Numbered from the stretch's first letter, positions 17,887 to 29,075 are shown. The stretch: DNA of 64,000 nt from a bacterium (GCA_030648955.1 JAUSHB010000010.1:13556-77555), one strand, 5' to 3'. A program made the numbers and translations. Notes: generated from the letters alone by a model not told the origin.

Positions 17887-19821
17887 CTATTTTTGGGGCG
17901 CTTCTCCGCTATCCCCCTCTTTGAAATCCGCGTCGCGGACATTTCCGTCTTGCCCTGAACTTGTCGAGGGGTCGCCACCTTTTTTATCATCTTTTTTATC
18001 AGAGGATGTAGTACTGGCTTGCGCTTTTGCCATCGCTTCACCAATCTTTTGCATTTCAAGCGAAAGTTCTTCAGTCGCTTTCTTGATGACTGTTGAGTCA
18101 TTGCCGTCCTTAACGCCTTTGAGTGCCGTAACCTTTGCTTCAACAGCTGATTTTACTGGAGCAGGCACCTTGTCGCCTGCGTCGCGAAGTGATTTTTCCG
18201 CAGTATAGATGGTCTGCTCGGCAATGTTGCGCGCATCGACAGAATCCTTTTTCTGACGGTCCGTTTCTGCATTTGCTTCCGCCTCTTTACGCATACGTTC
18301 AATATCTTGTTCTGAAAGTCCCGAACGCGCCTCAATGCGAATTGATTGTTCTTTGCCGGAAGTTTTCTCGCGCGCTTTCACATTGAGAATGCCGTTTGCG
18401 TCAATATCAAAGGTCACTTCGACTTGTGGCATACCGCGAGGTGACGGCGGAACTCCGTCGAGAATGAAGCGACCAAGACTCTTGTTATCTGCCGCCATAG
18501 CGCGCTCTCCTTGCACGATATGAATCTCCACCGATGTCTGATTATCAGCGGCAGTTGAAAACACTTGAGATTTTGATGCTGGAATTGTGGTATTGCGTTC
18601 AATTAATTTTGTCGCGACTCCGCCGAGTGTTTCGATGCCAAGCGAAAGCGGAATAACATCAAGAAGCAAAACGTCTTTCACATCACCCTGCAAAATTCCC
18701 GCCTGAAGCGCGGCACCAAGAGCAACAACTTCGTCAGGGTTGATCGAGCGATTCGGCTCTTTTCCAAAAAGCTTTTTCACCGCATCGATAATGGCAGGCA
18801 TTCTCGTCTGACCTCCCACTAAGATCACTTCTTGAATTTCCCCTATTTTAAATGGTGATGCGCCGATCGCTTTTTTCGTGATCTCAATTGAACGATCAAT
18901 GTATTCGCGTGCAAGCTCTTCAAGAGTTGCGCGGGAAAACTTCAGAAGCAAGTGTTTTGGACCAGAAGCGTCGGAGGTAATGAATGGAATATTGATTTCT
19001 GCTTCAGTTGTTGTTGAGAGTTCATGCTTCGACTTTTCTGCCGCTTCCTTGAGCCTCTGAAGCGCTAAAACATCTTTGGTCACATCAATGCCACTTTCTT
19101 TTTTGTATTCATCGGCAATCCAGCGAATGATTTTTTGATCAATGTCTTCCCCGCCCATGTGCACATCGCCATCGGTTGACTTCACTTCGATGACATCATC
19201 GGCAACTTCAAGCACGGAAACGTCAAACGTACCACCACCGAAGTCATAGACAACGATTTTTTCATCTTTCTTTTTATTAAAACCATATGCAAGCGCCGCC
19301 GCGGTTGGTTCATTGATAATGCGCTTTACGTCAAAACCAGCTATCTTTCCGGCATCTTTGGTTGCCTGTCGCTGACTGTCATTAAAGTACGCGGGAACGG
19401 TAATCACTGCTTCAGTAATTTTTTCTCCAAGTTTTGCTTCTGCGTCGACTTTCAGTTTTTGAAGCACCATCGCTGAAATCTCTTCGGGGCGGTACCATTT
19501 CCCACCCATATCAACCTTAACCCCGTCATTATCGGCGCGTTCTATCGTAAATGAAACATTTTTTTTATCGCGAATTACCCCCTCATCATCAAAACGATGA
19601 CCAATCAAACGCTTGATACCAAAAAGTGTGTTCTTTGGATTGGTCACTGCCTGTCGCTTAGCTAAAAGACCGACGAGACGTTCCCCTGCTTTTGATTGAG
19701 CGATCACCGAGGGTGTAGTGCGTACCCCTTCGGCATTCTCAATAATCTTCGGCTCTCCGCCTTCCATAACCGCCATTGCTGAGTTTGTAGTTCCCAAATC
19801 TATACCTATTATTTTTGCCAT
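17887..19821 (-). CDS. dnaK: Chaperone DnaK
   Basis: [17 protein letters not shown] and DFGGGTFD. Confidence 0.99.
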   Translation of the reverse strand: MAKIIGIDLGTTNSAMAVMEGGEPKIIENAEGVRTTPSVIAQSKAGERLVGLLAKRQAVTNPKNTLFGIKRLIGHRFDDEGVIRDKKNVSFTIERADNDGVKVDMGGKWYRPEEISAMVLQKLKVDAEAKLGEKITEAVITVPAYFNDSQRQATKDAGKIAGFDVKRIINEPTAAALAYGFNKKKDEKIVVYDFGGGTFDVSVLEVADDVIEVKSTDGDVHMGGEDIDQKIIRWIADEYKKESGIDVTKDVLALQRLKEAAEKSKHELSTTTEAEINIPFITSDASGPKHLLLKFSRATLEELAREYIDRSIEITKKAIGASPFKIGEIQEVILVGGQTRMPAIIDAVKKLFGKEPNRSINPDEVVALGAALQAGILQGDVKDVLLLDVIPLSLGIETLGGVATKLIERNTTIPASKSQVFSTAADNQTSVEIHIVQGERAMAADNKSLGRFILDGVPPSPRGMPQVEVTFDIDANGILNVKAREKTSGKEQSIRIEARSGLSEQDIERMRKEAEANAETDRQKKDSVDARNIAEQTIYTAEKSLRDAGDKVPAPVKSAVEAKVTALKGVKDGNDSTVIKKATEELSLEMQKIGEAMAKAQASTTSSDKKDDKKGGDPSTSSGQDGNVRDADFKEGDSGEAPQK

Positions 19822-19864
19822 AATTTTATTTTAAAATGATATTAATTAATGTTAAGTTTATGAT

Positions 19865-20476
19865 TTATAATTTTTCTTCAAACACTGCAACCTTAACATT
19901 GGGCGGTTTAATTATTTTTCCATTGAGCGCATATCCCTTCTGAACCACCGCGACAATTATATGATCTTCCTCCGGATTATCTGTTGGTACATTTTCAAAC
20001 GAAGCATGGTGCGTAGGATCAAATTTTTCTCCAACGGGATTTAGTTCTTTTAGCCCGTGTTGTATGAGCGTGCCCATAAGCTTACTGTGAATATACTCAA
20101 CGCCTGTCCGCCAATTTTTATCCACCTTCTCCCATGCTTCTTTGTTCCCAAATGCCATTTCAAAACTTTCAATGACGGGCAAAAGTTCTTCAATAAGACC
20201 TTCGTTCGCAAACTTAATGAAATTATTTCTGCTTTCTTCGTCAGATTTTCTTGCGTTTACGAAATCGGCTTTTGAGCGCTGCCATCCGAGAAGATATTCC
20301 TGTTTTTCTTTGACGCACACCTCGAGTTTTTGCCGTAACTTTTTCATGGCATCACGCGAAAGCGTTTCTCCTACCTCATCATCAATTTCCTTATCAAAGA
20401 TGACATCATCATACTCATTATTTTCACCCTTGTCAAGAGGGGTTTCGTCTTGATGATTGTTATTGTTTTTATTCAT
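19865..20476 (-). CDS. grpE: Nucleotide exchange factor GrpE
   Basis: R.KADF.N, FDP..H and QKGY motifs; adjacent to dnaK. Confidence 0.96.
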   Translation of the reverse strand: MNKNNNNHQDETPLDKGENNEYDDVIFDKEIDDEVGETLSRDAMKKLRQKLEVCVKEKQEYLLGWQRSKADFVNARKSDEESRNNFIKFANEGLIEELLPVIESFEMAFGNKEAWEKVDKNWRTGVEYIHSKLMGTLIQHGLKELNPVGEKFDPTHHASFENVPTDNPEEDHIIVAVVQKGYALNGKIIKPPNVKVAVFEEKL

Positions 20477-20637
20477 AGAAAAAAACGTGGTGCGTTATGT
20501 AAAGTATATACAAAATTATGGGAAAATTGAAGGGGCTATTTTAGCAGTTTTTTGAGGATGGGAAATTATTTATTTCCCCGCTTCAACTTAAGATAGGTGC
20601 GCACGATTTTTACTAAGGAAGTGATGATGGGGAATGG

Positions 20638-21033
20638 TTAAATTTTTTGATTTTCTTTTCGCAACTTCCAGGATTTTATGCCGATGACAACCAAGGAGAG
20701 AAGGAAAAAGGAAGGAAGAATAAAGAGGTATATTAAAATTTGTGCTTCACTTGAATCAAATTCATGTCTACCTATGACAGTAAGTGGATCAGTTACTGGC
20801 GCCGTTACCGCAAAATAGATGACGCCTAAAGAAATAACGAAAAATGCGACACAAAATTTCCACCACAGACGAAACACTTCTTCTTTTGAAAACGAGAGGA
20901 TTATCGCAAGAACTAGCATTGTAATTGCATAAATCCATAAATCACCAAGATCATCGCTCCCCATAAAACCGAGAATAGCGAAGGCAATCAAACAGGTAAA
21001 AACTATTTTTAAATACTTCATATTTGTATGCAT
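20638..21033 (-). CDS. Small 4-TM membrane protein
   Basis: Hydrophobic ORF 14 nt downstream of the large lipase gene. Confidence 0.7.
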   Translation of the reverse strand: MHTNMKYLKIVFTCLIAFAILGFMGSDDLGDLWIYAITMLVLAIILSFSKEEVFRLWWKFCVAFFVISLGVIYFAVTAPVTDPLTVIGRHEFDSSEAQILIYLFILPSFFLLSLVVIGIKSWKLRKENQKI

Positions 21034-21047
21034 TAACTTTTAAACTC

Positions 21048-24000
21048 CTAATACCCGACCAGTAACTGTCCTTTGTCTGTCATCACCGTAACCACCGCAA
21101 TTCCCGGCTTTGATATTTTTATTTTTTTACTTTTTCCCTCTTCAACCTCATCCACAATCTTGGTTTCGTTGATTGCTTGTTTATATTTCGTTTCAATTTT
21201 GCGCATATCCTTAAGATGAATTTCTTGAGAGAGTGACTTTAGTATATCATTTTTGAATTTCCATTCATATTCGAGTGTTGTTTTTGGTGTTGCTGTGGCA
21301 ATGCCATTGTAGATGATCGTATTAAAAACAACCTTAATTTCCGTGGGTTCTTCTTCGTACTCAAGGAAAGGGATGTTGGTTGTGTTGCCTGCTTCGTCGG
21401 TAATCGTGGTGCTGGTTGCGGTGGTGTTTACCGTAGTGGATGAGAGATTATCGATGCCCGTGATAAAAAATTTGTTGGCAGCGGGGTCAAAAGTAAAACG
21501 TGCTTCTGGTGGGGTTGCATCATAGATAGTGGTACCGCCAAGAGTTGGTTTAAGTGTGGAATCGATTGTGTTATCGTTGTTGAAATCAATCGCGAGTGTA
21601 GTCGTAGTTGAAAGTACTCCTGTCCATGTAAGAGTCACTTGTGTGGTTGTAGCAGTGGGAATAGCTTCGTAGGTGGTGGAAGCCATGACAATGTCGCCAC
21701 GAAGCTCTTCAAGGTCAAGAGTGAACGAACCTGAAGCGTAGGCATCAAGTTTTACGGTATGCAAAGTATCGGCAGAAACAATGATAATTTTGGTATCACC
21801 AAGAGTGTAGTAAGTACTACCCTTGATGCCTTCTTCAATCAATCCCGTGGTCGTCGAGATACCAGTATGGTTGCCTGCTTGGTCATAGATGTTGAGGTTG
21901 AGGGGTGAATGAAGTTGATACTTGATATATGGTTTTGTGGAGACAAGTAATGAAGAATCATTGGTAATATATTGTTCAGGGGTCGAACTGCTTATGACAA
22001 TCGAATGGATGAAGGAGCGAAGGGGATCAACTTCAAGAATATTTTTGTGCTCACGGTCAATTGTTGATGTTAAATTGTTATACTTTCCCAAATCCACCCA
22101 CCACTTTTGCGTCATTGAAGAAGTCGGCATGAGATGCGCGCTTTCTTCCACCACTGTTTTGTCGCCGTTTAACGTTACCTTATCTTGAATTTTAATGACA
22201 TCAACATATCTCTCACAAATAATTGGTTGTGGTGCGCCGATTGTTTGCGGTGTCGATGGGGGATCTCTGGGGATACATACTTTATTCTTTTCGTAACGAA
22301 TCACCGCGGGAGTATATATCCCCCACCCTGCGATTTCATAAACCATAGTCGATGTGGCAGGAGTCCATTGGTCGAGCGTCGCGTGGATTGTTTCGGCGTT
22401 TGAAAGCAGGGTTGAATTTCCAATCGCAGGAGAAGAAAGATCGTCATAGGCAGGTACAGCCCGTCCGTCACCGCCCGTGAGATAATCTGCAAGCTCATCA
22501 TAGGTGTCGATGGTATCGCCATAACGTGCTGAGATTACGGGACTCACTGCGTTTCCTCCAAACTCAATGAGCGGCGTTGAGGAGCCGATGTATGCACGCG
22601 ATGGAAGGAGATTGTATCCCGTTGGCATATTGTGCAAAAGGTCACGAACGCGCTCCGCATCCATGAGAAAACCTAATGGACCAAGACTTCCGCCATGAAG
22701 AAGCTGGCCGACAGTGTCAGGCGTTCCTGCTTGGGGAACGGCGACAAAAATAACATTGTCGATTCTGTCGTAGAGGGGGTCGTTGGCCTCCTTCAGTTTT
22801 TGAATGAGCGCCTTGGTGACGAGTCCACCGTTTGAATGCGCAACGATGGTGACCTTTTGGGTCTTCGACGAATCCGCGAGTATTTTCAACTGCTTGTATA
22901 GGTAACTATTTGTGAACCCTTGCGGGGTACTGTATGAAATCCCGTCAGTTGATGTTGCGCCATTCTGAAGAATATCCTCGAGTGAGAGCCGCCAATCGTA
23001 TGCGATCATAGAGTAATCGTTGATGATGTGATCGGCTTCTTTCCACTTCTTGAGGTCGTTTATAAACGATTGGTAAATATTGGAAGCATATACTTCATCA
23101 ATAACACCAGCGGTGCCTTCTTTTGTGTATAACGAGTTAATGCTCTTCCCTGCTCCATTGAGTACGAGGCGTTGGTGATTGCAGTCCAGTATTGAAACCC
23201 AGCGTTCTTTTTCATTGTTAAATACTCCACAATCGCTGCTTTTTTCAAACAGTCTTGATCCCATCATCCCCGGCAAAAACAGAACGTTGGAATAACAGTC
23301 GGCGGTGCAGGGAGGGGGTATATTGTTCCACCCATCTTGTGTTGTCCACGGAAGATTATCCTGCCCGCCATAAAAAATATATGGCGAATCGCAGAAGTTG
23401 TCGTTATTTGAATCACTACAACCCTCTGCTGTCGTATCAAAGTTACTCCAGTAGTTGCCACCGATTGATGGGGTGAGATTAAAAACATTACCGTTGCCAC
23501 CATTGACACGAGCCTGCGTAAAGTTGCCGATAAGATTGTTGTTGTAAACTTGGTTGTTGTTGGAAGAGAATAGATAGATTCCGTAAACGTTATTGTTTGA
23601 TGCAGTGTTGTTTGTCAGAATGTTGTTACTGGATAAGGAAAATAAGATTCCATAAAAGTTGTTCCCTAACACAGTGTTGTTTGTCAGTGTGTTATTGTTT
23701 GAGGAACCATAGAGGAGAATTCCGGAGTTGTTGTTTGATGCGATATTGTTTGTCAGAACGTTATTGCTACTGGAAGAGTCGAGATAGATTCCAGAGTTAT
23801 TGTTTGAGGAATTTACGTTCGCAATTGTGGATGAGCTTGTTTGTATGAGAAATAAGCCGTTGTTTTTCTTCGTTATCGAACCGTCAATTGTGATATTGTT
23901 TATATTTGAACCGCCGGCGTTGCACAGTATCAATTCAGAAAAAGTTTCATTACTTAAGGTAACCGCGCTGTTGAAGTATCTGATTGGTCTCCCGCCGGAA

Positions 24001-24977
24001 CCAATAGTGTTGGTAATACTGTTGTCACAATGGCTATCTGACGATACTTGAACATGAAGGTCGTCGGAAGAGTTTTCCTGCGCAACATTGTTCATCAGAA
24101 TATTATTACTGGAAAAGTAGAGGTAGATTCCAAAACCATTTGAACTCGCGGTATTGTTGGTTAAAGTGTTGTTGTTACTAAGATATCCAAGAAAGATTCC
24201 GTAACTATTTGAGGTCGTAGTGTTGTTGGTTAAAGTGTTGTTGGATCCACGGAGTAAGATTCCATTCAAAAATTTCTTAACATTTAAATTCTTGATAGTA
24301 ACGCCAGTCCTTCCAGAAAATCCGGAAAGATAGACACCGTTTCCCGTATTGCTCCCGGTTAACATGTGGCTGTTGCCGTCAAGCGTTATGCCATTGCTGT
24401 CGATCTGAATGGTCTCGGTTAAATCCACATTCAGTGTGCAGGTTTTAATAGCGGAATCCCAGTTGCCAATCAAAGTGCAATCGCCGCCAGTGGCATCATC
24501 ACGAATGAACTTGGTGCTTTTGTGGGTTTGGATAAAGACAATGTGGGGAGTTGAAATGTCTTGCGTGTATGAATATGCGCCGTTTTCGTCAGTGGTAAAT
24601 TGAGTCAGGTTGTGATAATTGTCTTCATATTTATAGTAAGTGGTTGAGGTAGTAAAACCATAAAGGGTGATCTGGGTTGAGGTTGCAATTAAAAGAGCGG
24701 GCGACTCAATCGTCATTGTTACCATGTTGGGAACCGACTCCATTCTAAGTTTGATTACTTCTGTGCTGTCTAAACTGATATTTAAATATGCGCTGTCGGT
24801 GATAGAAAAGTTTGCGCTCGTACCTTCTACGACGCCTGATCGTGTCGATGGTTCAAACGATGGCAACTCTTGAGCTCTTGCGCGATCAGCGAATAAGAAT
24901 ACCCCTGCGACAAAAACCGCCGCAAGTACAAGATGGGGCGCAAAGAAAAACTGTGATTTTAGGTTCGATATATTCAT
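21048..24977 (-). CDS. Large secreted protein: NosD/PbH1 beta-helix + LCAT/PGAP1-like lipase domain
   Basis: Signal peptide; GIYL..SSNN.L.NN repeats; FLPGMMGSRL, YDWR and AHSNGG motifs. Confidence 0.85.
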   Translation of the reverse strand: MNISNLKSQFFFAPHLVLAAVFVAGVFLFADRARAQELPSFEPSTRSGVVEGTSANFSITDSAYLNISLDSTEVIKLRMESVPNMVTMTIESPALLIATSTQITLYGFTTSTTYYKYEDNYHNLTQFTTDENGAYSYTQDISTPHIVFIQTHKSTKFIRDDATGGDCTLIGNWDSAIKTCTLNVDLTETIQIDSNGITLDGNSHMLTGSNTGNGVYLSGFSGRTGVTIKNLNVKKFLNGILLRGSNNTLTNNTTTSNSYGIFLGYLSNNNTLTNNTASSNGFGIYLYFSSNNILMNNVAQENSSDDLHVQVSSDSHCDNSITNTIGSGGRPIRYFNSAVTLSNETFSELILCNAGGSNINNITIDGSITKKNNGLFLIQTSSSTIANVNSSNNNSGIYLDSSSSNNVLTNNIASNNNSGILLYGSSNNNTLTNNTVLGNNFYGILFSLSSNNILTNNTASNNNVYGIYLFSSNNNQVYNNNLIGNFTQARVNGGNGNVFNLTPSIGGNYWSNFDTTAEGCSDSNNDNFCDSPYIFYGGQDNLPWTTQDGWNNIPPPCTADCYSNVLFLPGMMGSRLFEKSSDCGVFNNEKERWVSILDCNHQRLVLNGAGKSINSLYTKEGTAGVIDEVYASNIYQSFINDLKKWKEADHIINDYSMIAYDWRLSLEDILQNGATSTDGISYSTPQGFTNSYLYKQLKILADSSKTQKVTIVAHSNGGLVTKALIQKLKEANDPLYDRIDNVIFVAVPQAGTPDTVGQLLHGGSLGPLGFLMDAERVRDLLHNMPTGYNLLPSRAYIGSSTPLIEFGGNAVSPVISARYGDTIDTYDELADYLTGGDGRAVPAYDDLSSPAIGNSTLLSNAETIHATLDQWTPATSTMVYEIAGWGIYTPAVIRYEKNKVCIPRDPPSTPQTIGAPQPIICERYVDVIKIQDKVTLNGDKTVVEESAHLMPTSSMTQKWWVDLGKYNNLTSTIDREHKNILEVDPLRSFIHSIVISSSTPEQYITNDSSLLVSTKPYIKYQLHSPLNLNIYDQAGNHTGISTTTGLIEEGIKGSTYYTLGDTKIIIVSADTLHTVKLDAYASGSFTLDLEELRGDIVMASTTYEAIPTATTTQVTLTWTGVLSTTTTLAIDFNNDNTIDSTLKPTLGGTTIYDATPPEARFTFDPAANKFFITGIDNLSSTTVNTTATSTTITDEAGNTTNIPFLEYEEEPTEIKVVFNTIIYNGIATATPKTTLEYEWKFKNDILKSLSQEIHLKDMRKIETKYKQAINETKIVDEVEEGKSKKIKISKPGIAVVTVMTDKGQLLVGY

Positions 24978-25107
24978 AACATCTACACCCTAGCAGAGTT
25001 GTTCAGGGGGTCAACAGGCAAGTTTCTAGCCCTTTTCTCCCGCAATTCTGTAAACTAACATTTACTCCCTAATGCGCCTTAGGGGCACGGGCGACACTAG
25101 CCATCGC

Positions 25108-25680
25108 TTAGCGTTTAGACCACTGCGGAGCTTTGCGGGCTTTTTTAAGACCGAATTTTCGGCGTTCTTTCATTCTTGGATCTCGCTTGAGAAAACCAAG
25201 TTTCTTCAAACGCTTACGAAGTTCCAAATCATATTTTACAAGCGCACGAGAAATGCCATGGCGAAGCGCTTCCGCTTGGGAATGAATCCCTCCGCCGTAG
25301 AGACGTCCTTCAACATGAAACTTTGTTAAAACTTTTGATTTGAGACCTGCATCGGCGACAATCATCTGAAGTTCTTTGGTTGGGAAATATGTGGCGAGGT
25401 CTTTGTGGTTGATAGTAAAGGTATTCTTTGAGCTTTCTGTAATTCTCACACGAGCAACAGATGTTTTCCTTCTTCCAATAGCAGAAATATATCGCCCCGT
25501 TGTTTTTGTGGTTGGTTTTTCAACATCCCGCACAAGTGCGTGATCTTCTTCCTGTGGTGTAGAAATTGCACGCGCTGACGTAGTCGCAACTTTTTTAGCG
25601 GTTGGCTTGGTTTTTGTTTTTACCCCTTTGACTGCGAGCGACTCAACAGGGGTGCTTGTGGTTTTTGTATCGTTTTCCAT
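25108..25680 (-). CDS. rpsI: 30S protein S9 with long low-complexity N-terminal extension
   Basis: GRRKTSVARV; KKARKAPQWSKR. Confidence 0.98.
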   Translation of the reverse strand: MENDTKTTSTPVESLAVKGVKTKTKPTAKKVATTSARAISTPQEEDHALVRDVEKPTTKTTGRYISAIGRRKTSVARVRITESSKNTFTINHKDLATYFPTKELQMIVADAGLKSKVLTKFHVEGRLYGGGIHSQAEALRHGISRALVKYDLELRKRLKKLGFLKRDPRMKERRKFGLKKARKAPQWSKR

Positions 25681-25709
25681 AAATAATTATTCAAATTATA
25701 TTTACATTA

Positions 25710-26066
25710 CTACAGACTAATTTTAAGATTCTTCATCATTAACGGACGGATACTGTTGCGCGCCAACATTCGAGTAATCGCCTTGATAAGAACCTCTTCA
25801 TATCCCTTTTTTGCGATCATGCTTTCAAGCGTCTGCTCTTTAAGACCGCCCGGATATCCGGAATATGATTGATATATTTTTTGCTTTGTTTTCTTTAATG
25901 AAATGGAAAGTTTTGATGCATTAATAATCTCTACTTTTGAAGTAGGGATGGTATGTCGTTCAAATGAAGGAGAATTCTTACCACGTAATGAGGCCGCCGC
26001 TTCGGTCGCAACCCTGCCAATCGTTCTTCCTGTCGCATCAATAGTATGTGTTTTTGTTGTTGTCAT
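25710..26066 (-). CDS. rplM: 50S protein L13
   Basis: IDATGRTIGRVAT; SGYPGGLK. Confidence 0.96.
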   Translation of the reverse strand: MTTTKTHTIDATGRTIGRVATEAAASLRGKNSPSFERHTIPTSKVEIINASKLSISLKKTKQKIYQSYSGYPGGLKEQTLESMIAKKGYEEVLIKAITRMLARNSIRPLMMKNLKISL

Positions 26067-26077
26067 AATTATAGTAT

Positions 26078-26428
26078 CTAAACAAATTCAATGATCGCCA
26101 TTTTACTTGCATCTCCTTGACGCGGAGTGAGCTTCACAATTCGTGTATAACCACCCGTACGCTCTTTGTATCGAGGTGCTATTTTCTCTACAAGCTTTTT
26201 AGTGGCACTTTCATTACCCAACCGAGACACCAATAGCCTGCGAGAAAAAACATCTCCCTTGCGCCCACGTGTTACCATTTTTTCAATATATGGTCTAAGT
26301 TCTTTTGCTTTTGCTTCCGTTGTTCTAATCTTCTCTTTTATTATAAGAGAGCAAGCAAGAGAACGAATCAGCGCTTGGCGTTGGTCGGCCGTTCTTCCAA
26401 ATTTTCTAATTGCGTTGTGGTGTTTCAT
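26078..26428 (-). CDS. rplQ: 50S protein L17
   Basis: TTEAKAKE; GGYTRI. Confidence 0.97.
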   Translation of the reverse strand: MKHHNAIRKFGRTADQRQALIRSLACSLIIKEKIRTTEAKAKELRPYIEKMVTRGRKGDVFSRRLLVSRLGNESATKKLVEKIAPRYKERTGGYTRIVKLTPRQGDASKMAIIEFV

Positions 26429-26480
26429 GGTTAAACCAATATTAAAGTTAAAAAATCAAAGTTTAAAATTTTTGTATTCG

Positions 26481-26507
26481 CCTGTCTGCGTGCATCGCAC
26501 AGGCAGG
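26481..26507. repeat. Short GC palindrome within an AT-rich inverted array
   Basis: cctgtctgcgtgc-atc-gcacaggcagg. Confidence 0.6.
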
Positions 26508-26550
26508 CCAGCGACGAATACCATGATTTTTCATTTTGATATTTGCATTT

Positions 26551-27513
26551 TTATTTTTCCCTAAGAACTAGGCCAAGATTCCCAAGCGCCCGCCTGATTT
26601 CCTGAATTCCCTTTTCGCCAAGTCCCTCGAGCTCAAGAAGATCTTCTTCACTTTTCTTGGAAAGTCCCCCTACGGTTCTGATGTTTGCGCTTGCAAGAGC
26701 ATTCGCAGTACGCGTCGAGAGATCGAGACTTTCGACTTTCATTTTTGAAACTTCTTCTTCGTCGGTGGTTTTGATTGCGTTTCCTTCGCTAATATCAACT
26801 CCACTTGAAACAAACTCTTCTTCCTTAAATCCAACAATCGACTTAAGTTGATTGATCATTATCTCGATTGATTTCTCGAGTGCTTCACGTGGAGTAAGTG
26901 TTCCATCTGTCTCAATGGAAATTTTGAGCCTGTTGTGGTCTGTCCTATCACCTACGCGCATGTTTTCTACTTCGTAATTCACGCGACGAATTGGAGTAAA
27001 TATAGCATCTACCGCAATAGTTCCAATGTCCACTTTTTCTTTTTGATGTACATCTTTTGCAATATACCCGAGACCTTTCTCGACTCTCAATTCTATATCA
27101 AGCGTTGTTCCCTTGTCAGTAATAGTAGCGATCGGAGCATCTTTTGATAATACTTCAACTTGACCGGGAACTTTGATGTCTGCCGCCGAAACATTTTTTA
27201 CACCCTTCACCGTCAATGTTACGGTTTGCGGTTCATCAGTCAACATCTTGAACCGTACTTTTTTTAAATTAAGCAATATGGTGATAACATCTTCTTTCAC
27301 GCCTTGAATGGTTGAAAACTCATGTGACACGCCACTGATCTTTACAGACGTAATCGCCGCTCCCGGAAGAGACGAGAGAATGATCCTTCGTAATGAATTA
27401 CCAAGTGTGTGACCATATCCCGGGTACAAACCGTCAATCTCGTAAACACCGGAGATTGCATCTTCGGAGATTACACGAGGTTTTGAGGGAAGAATGACAT
27501 TGTATTCAGGCAT
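26551..27513 (-). CDS. rpoA: RNA polymerase alpha subunit
   Basis: GYGHTLGNSLRRIILSS; alpha-CTD. Confidence 0.99.
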   Translation of the reverse strand: MPEYNVILPSKPRVISEDAISGVYEIDGLYPGYGHTLGNSLRRIILSSLPGAAITSVKISGVSHEFSTIQGVKEDVITILLNLKKVRFKMLTDEPQTVTLTVKGVKNVSAADIKVPGQVEVLSKDAPIATITDKGTTLDIELRVEKGLGYIAKDVHQKEKVDIGTIAVDAIFTPIRRVNYEVENMRVGDRTDHNRLKISIETDGTLTPREALEKSIEIMINQLKSIVGFKEEEFVSSGVDISEGNAIKTTDEEEVSKMKVESLDLSTRTANALASANIRTVGGLSKKSEEDLLELEGLGEKGIQEIRRALGNLGLVLREK

Positions 27514-27557
27514 AAATTTCGAAATAATTAATAAATAATAAATTCCAATAATAAAAT

Positions 27558-28169
27558 TTATCTGCTGTAAAATTCAATAACTGAAGCTAGGTTAAACGTC
27601 ATCTCTCCTTCTGCAAGTTTAGGGCTCGAAGCAAGAGTCCCCTTAAGTTGCACCGGGTCCATTGTCGCCCAGTATGGAGTTTTATGCTTTTCGAGGCGCT
27701 CAGCTAATCCTGAAAAAAGTACTTTTGATTTGCTTCCCTCACGTATTGCAAGAACGTCTCCCGTTTTGACACGATACGATGGAACATTCATTCTTTTTCC
27801 ATTCACGGTAATGTGCCCATGTGACACCATTTGGCGAGCAGTCGATCGAGCAGTAGCAAACCCCAAGCGGTATGCGACATTATCAAGACGTGACTCAAGA
27901 TTCTCATAGAGTCGCTCAACGGGATTTGTTCCTGATTTCGAAGAAGCTTCTTTCACATAGTTTGAAAATTGTTTTTCACGAAGTCCATACGTATTGCGCA
28001 CCTTCTGCTTTTCACGAAGCTGAGTACCAAACTCGGAAACACTTCCACGATGCTTGCGATCGCTATCCCGAATACCAGGAGGGTACGGCTTTTTTACCGA
28101 GGCGCATTTATCGCCACGCCCACAAATACTTTCTCCTAATCTTCTACATGTTTTACAACTTATTCTCAT
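27558..28169 (-). CDS. rpsD: 30S protein S4
   Basis: QLREKQK; LESRLDN; RQMVSHGHI. Confidence 0.98.
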   Translation of the reverse strand: MRISCKTCRRLGESICGRGDKCASVKKPYPPGIRDSDRKHRGSVSEFGTQLREKQKVRNTYGLREKQFSNYVKEASSKSGTNPVERLYENLESRLDNVAYRLGFATARSTARQMVSHGHITVNGKRMNVPSYRVKTGDVLAIREGSKSKVLFSGLAERLEKHKTPYWATMDPVQLKGTLASSPKLAEGEMTFNLASVIEFYSR

Positions 28170-28183
28170 ATCAGTTAAAATAA

Positions 28184-28615
28184 TTATACTCTTCGGGGTT
28201 TCTTTGGCCTTGGTCCATTGTGTGGAACAGGTGTTTTGTCGCTAATCCCCGTAATATCAATCCCTTTTGAAGCAAACGCTCTAATCGATGATTCACGACC
28301 AGAACCAACACCCTTCACCACCACATCAACTTCCTTGATTCCCATGAGTACTGCTTTCTCGCCAATTAGTTCTCCAACTTTTGCAGCTGCAAACGGTGTC
28401 CCCTTTTTAGCTCCAGAAAATCCAAGCGCTCCGCATGATGAAAATATAAGCGAGTTTCCTTCTTTGTCGGTCACAAGGAGTTTAGTGTTGTTATATGTTG
28501 ATTGAACATATAAAACACCTGCCGTAACACGTTTCTTGGGTACGCGCGCCGCCGATTGAGATATTTGCCCATCTTCTTTGTCTCCTCCCTTTTTTACAAT
28601 TCGTTTTTTTCCCAT
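28184..28615 (-). CDS. rpsK: 30S protein S11
   Basis: STYNNT; GTPFAA; TPVPHNG. Confidence 0.98.
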   Translation of the reverse strand: MGKKRIVKKGGDKEDGQISQSAARVPKKRVTAGVLYVQSTYNNTKLLVTDKEGNSLIFSSCGALGFSGAKKGTPFAAAKVGELIGEKAVLMGIKEVDVVVKGVGSGRESSIRAFASKGIDITGISDKTPVPHNGPRPKKPRRV

Positions 28616-28694
28616 GTTTATTTTATAGCTTCGTTAGCTTCTAGCTTCTTAAGCTTCGGAAGCTTTTGAAGCTCGTGAAGCTGGAACCTTGTTT

Positions 28695-29075
28695 CTATGT
28701 CTTCTCAACCTTGCGACGACCAGAACCCATGGTTTTTCTCACGTTTCCGCGAACAGTGCGAGAATTTGTCTTTGTTCTTTGTCCGCGTACCGGCAATCCG
28801 CGCATATGACGACTACCACGATAACTTTTAATGTCCTTCAATCGCTTAATATTCATAGAGATCTCGCGCTTAAGATCTCCTTCAGTCTTAAATGTTTCAA
28901 TAATCTTTCTGATCTTATTTTCATCTGCAGGAGACACCTCTTTCCCCTTTGTATCAAAACTTACCCCCGCCTCATTAAGTATTTTTTGTGCACGAGCACG
29001 TCCAATACCAAAGATTGCGCTTAATCCTATCTCTAATCTTTTATTGTCTGGTATGGTAATTCCTGAAATACGCAT
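28695..29075 (-). CDS. rpsM: 30S protein S13
   Basis: GLPVRGQRTKTNSRT. Confidence 0.98.
   Translation of the reverse strand: MRISGITIPDNKRLEIGLSAIFGIGRARAQKILNEAGVSFDTKGKEVSPADENKIRKIIETFKTEGDLKREISMNIKRLKDIKSYRGSRHMRGLPVRGQRTKTNSRTVRGNVRKTMGSGRRKVEKT

Noticed and set aside
17835-18143. 102-aa ORF overlapping the dnaK end
   Set aside because: Alternative frame of dnaK, with no independent support.
20477-20637. CIRCE operator or hrcA upstream of grpE
   Set aside because: No TTAGCACTC-N9-GAGTGCTAA and no hrcA ORF.
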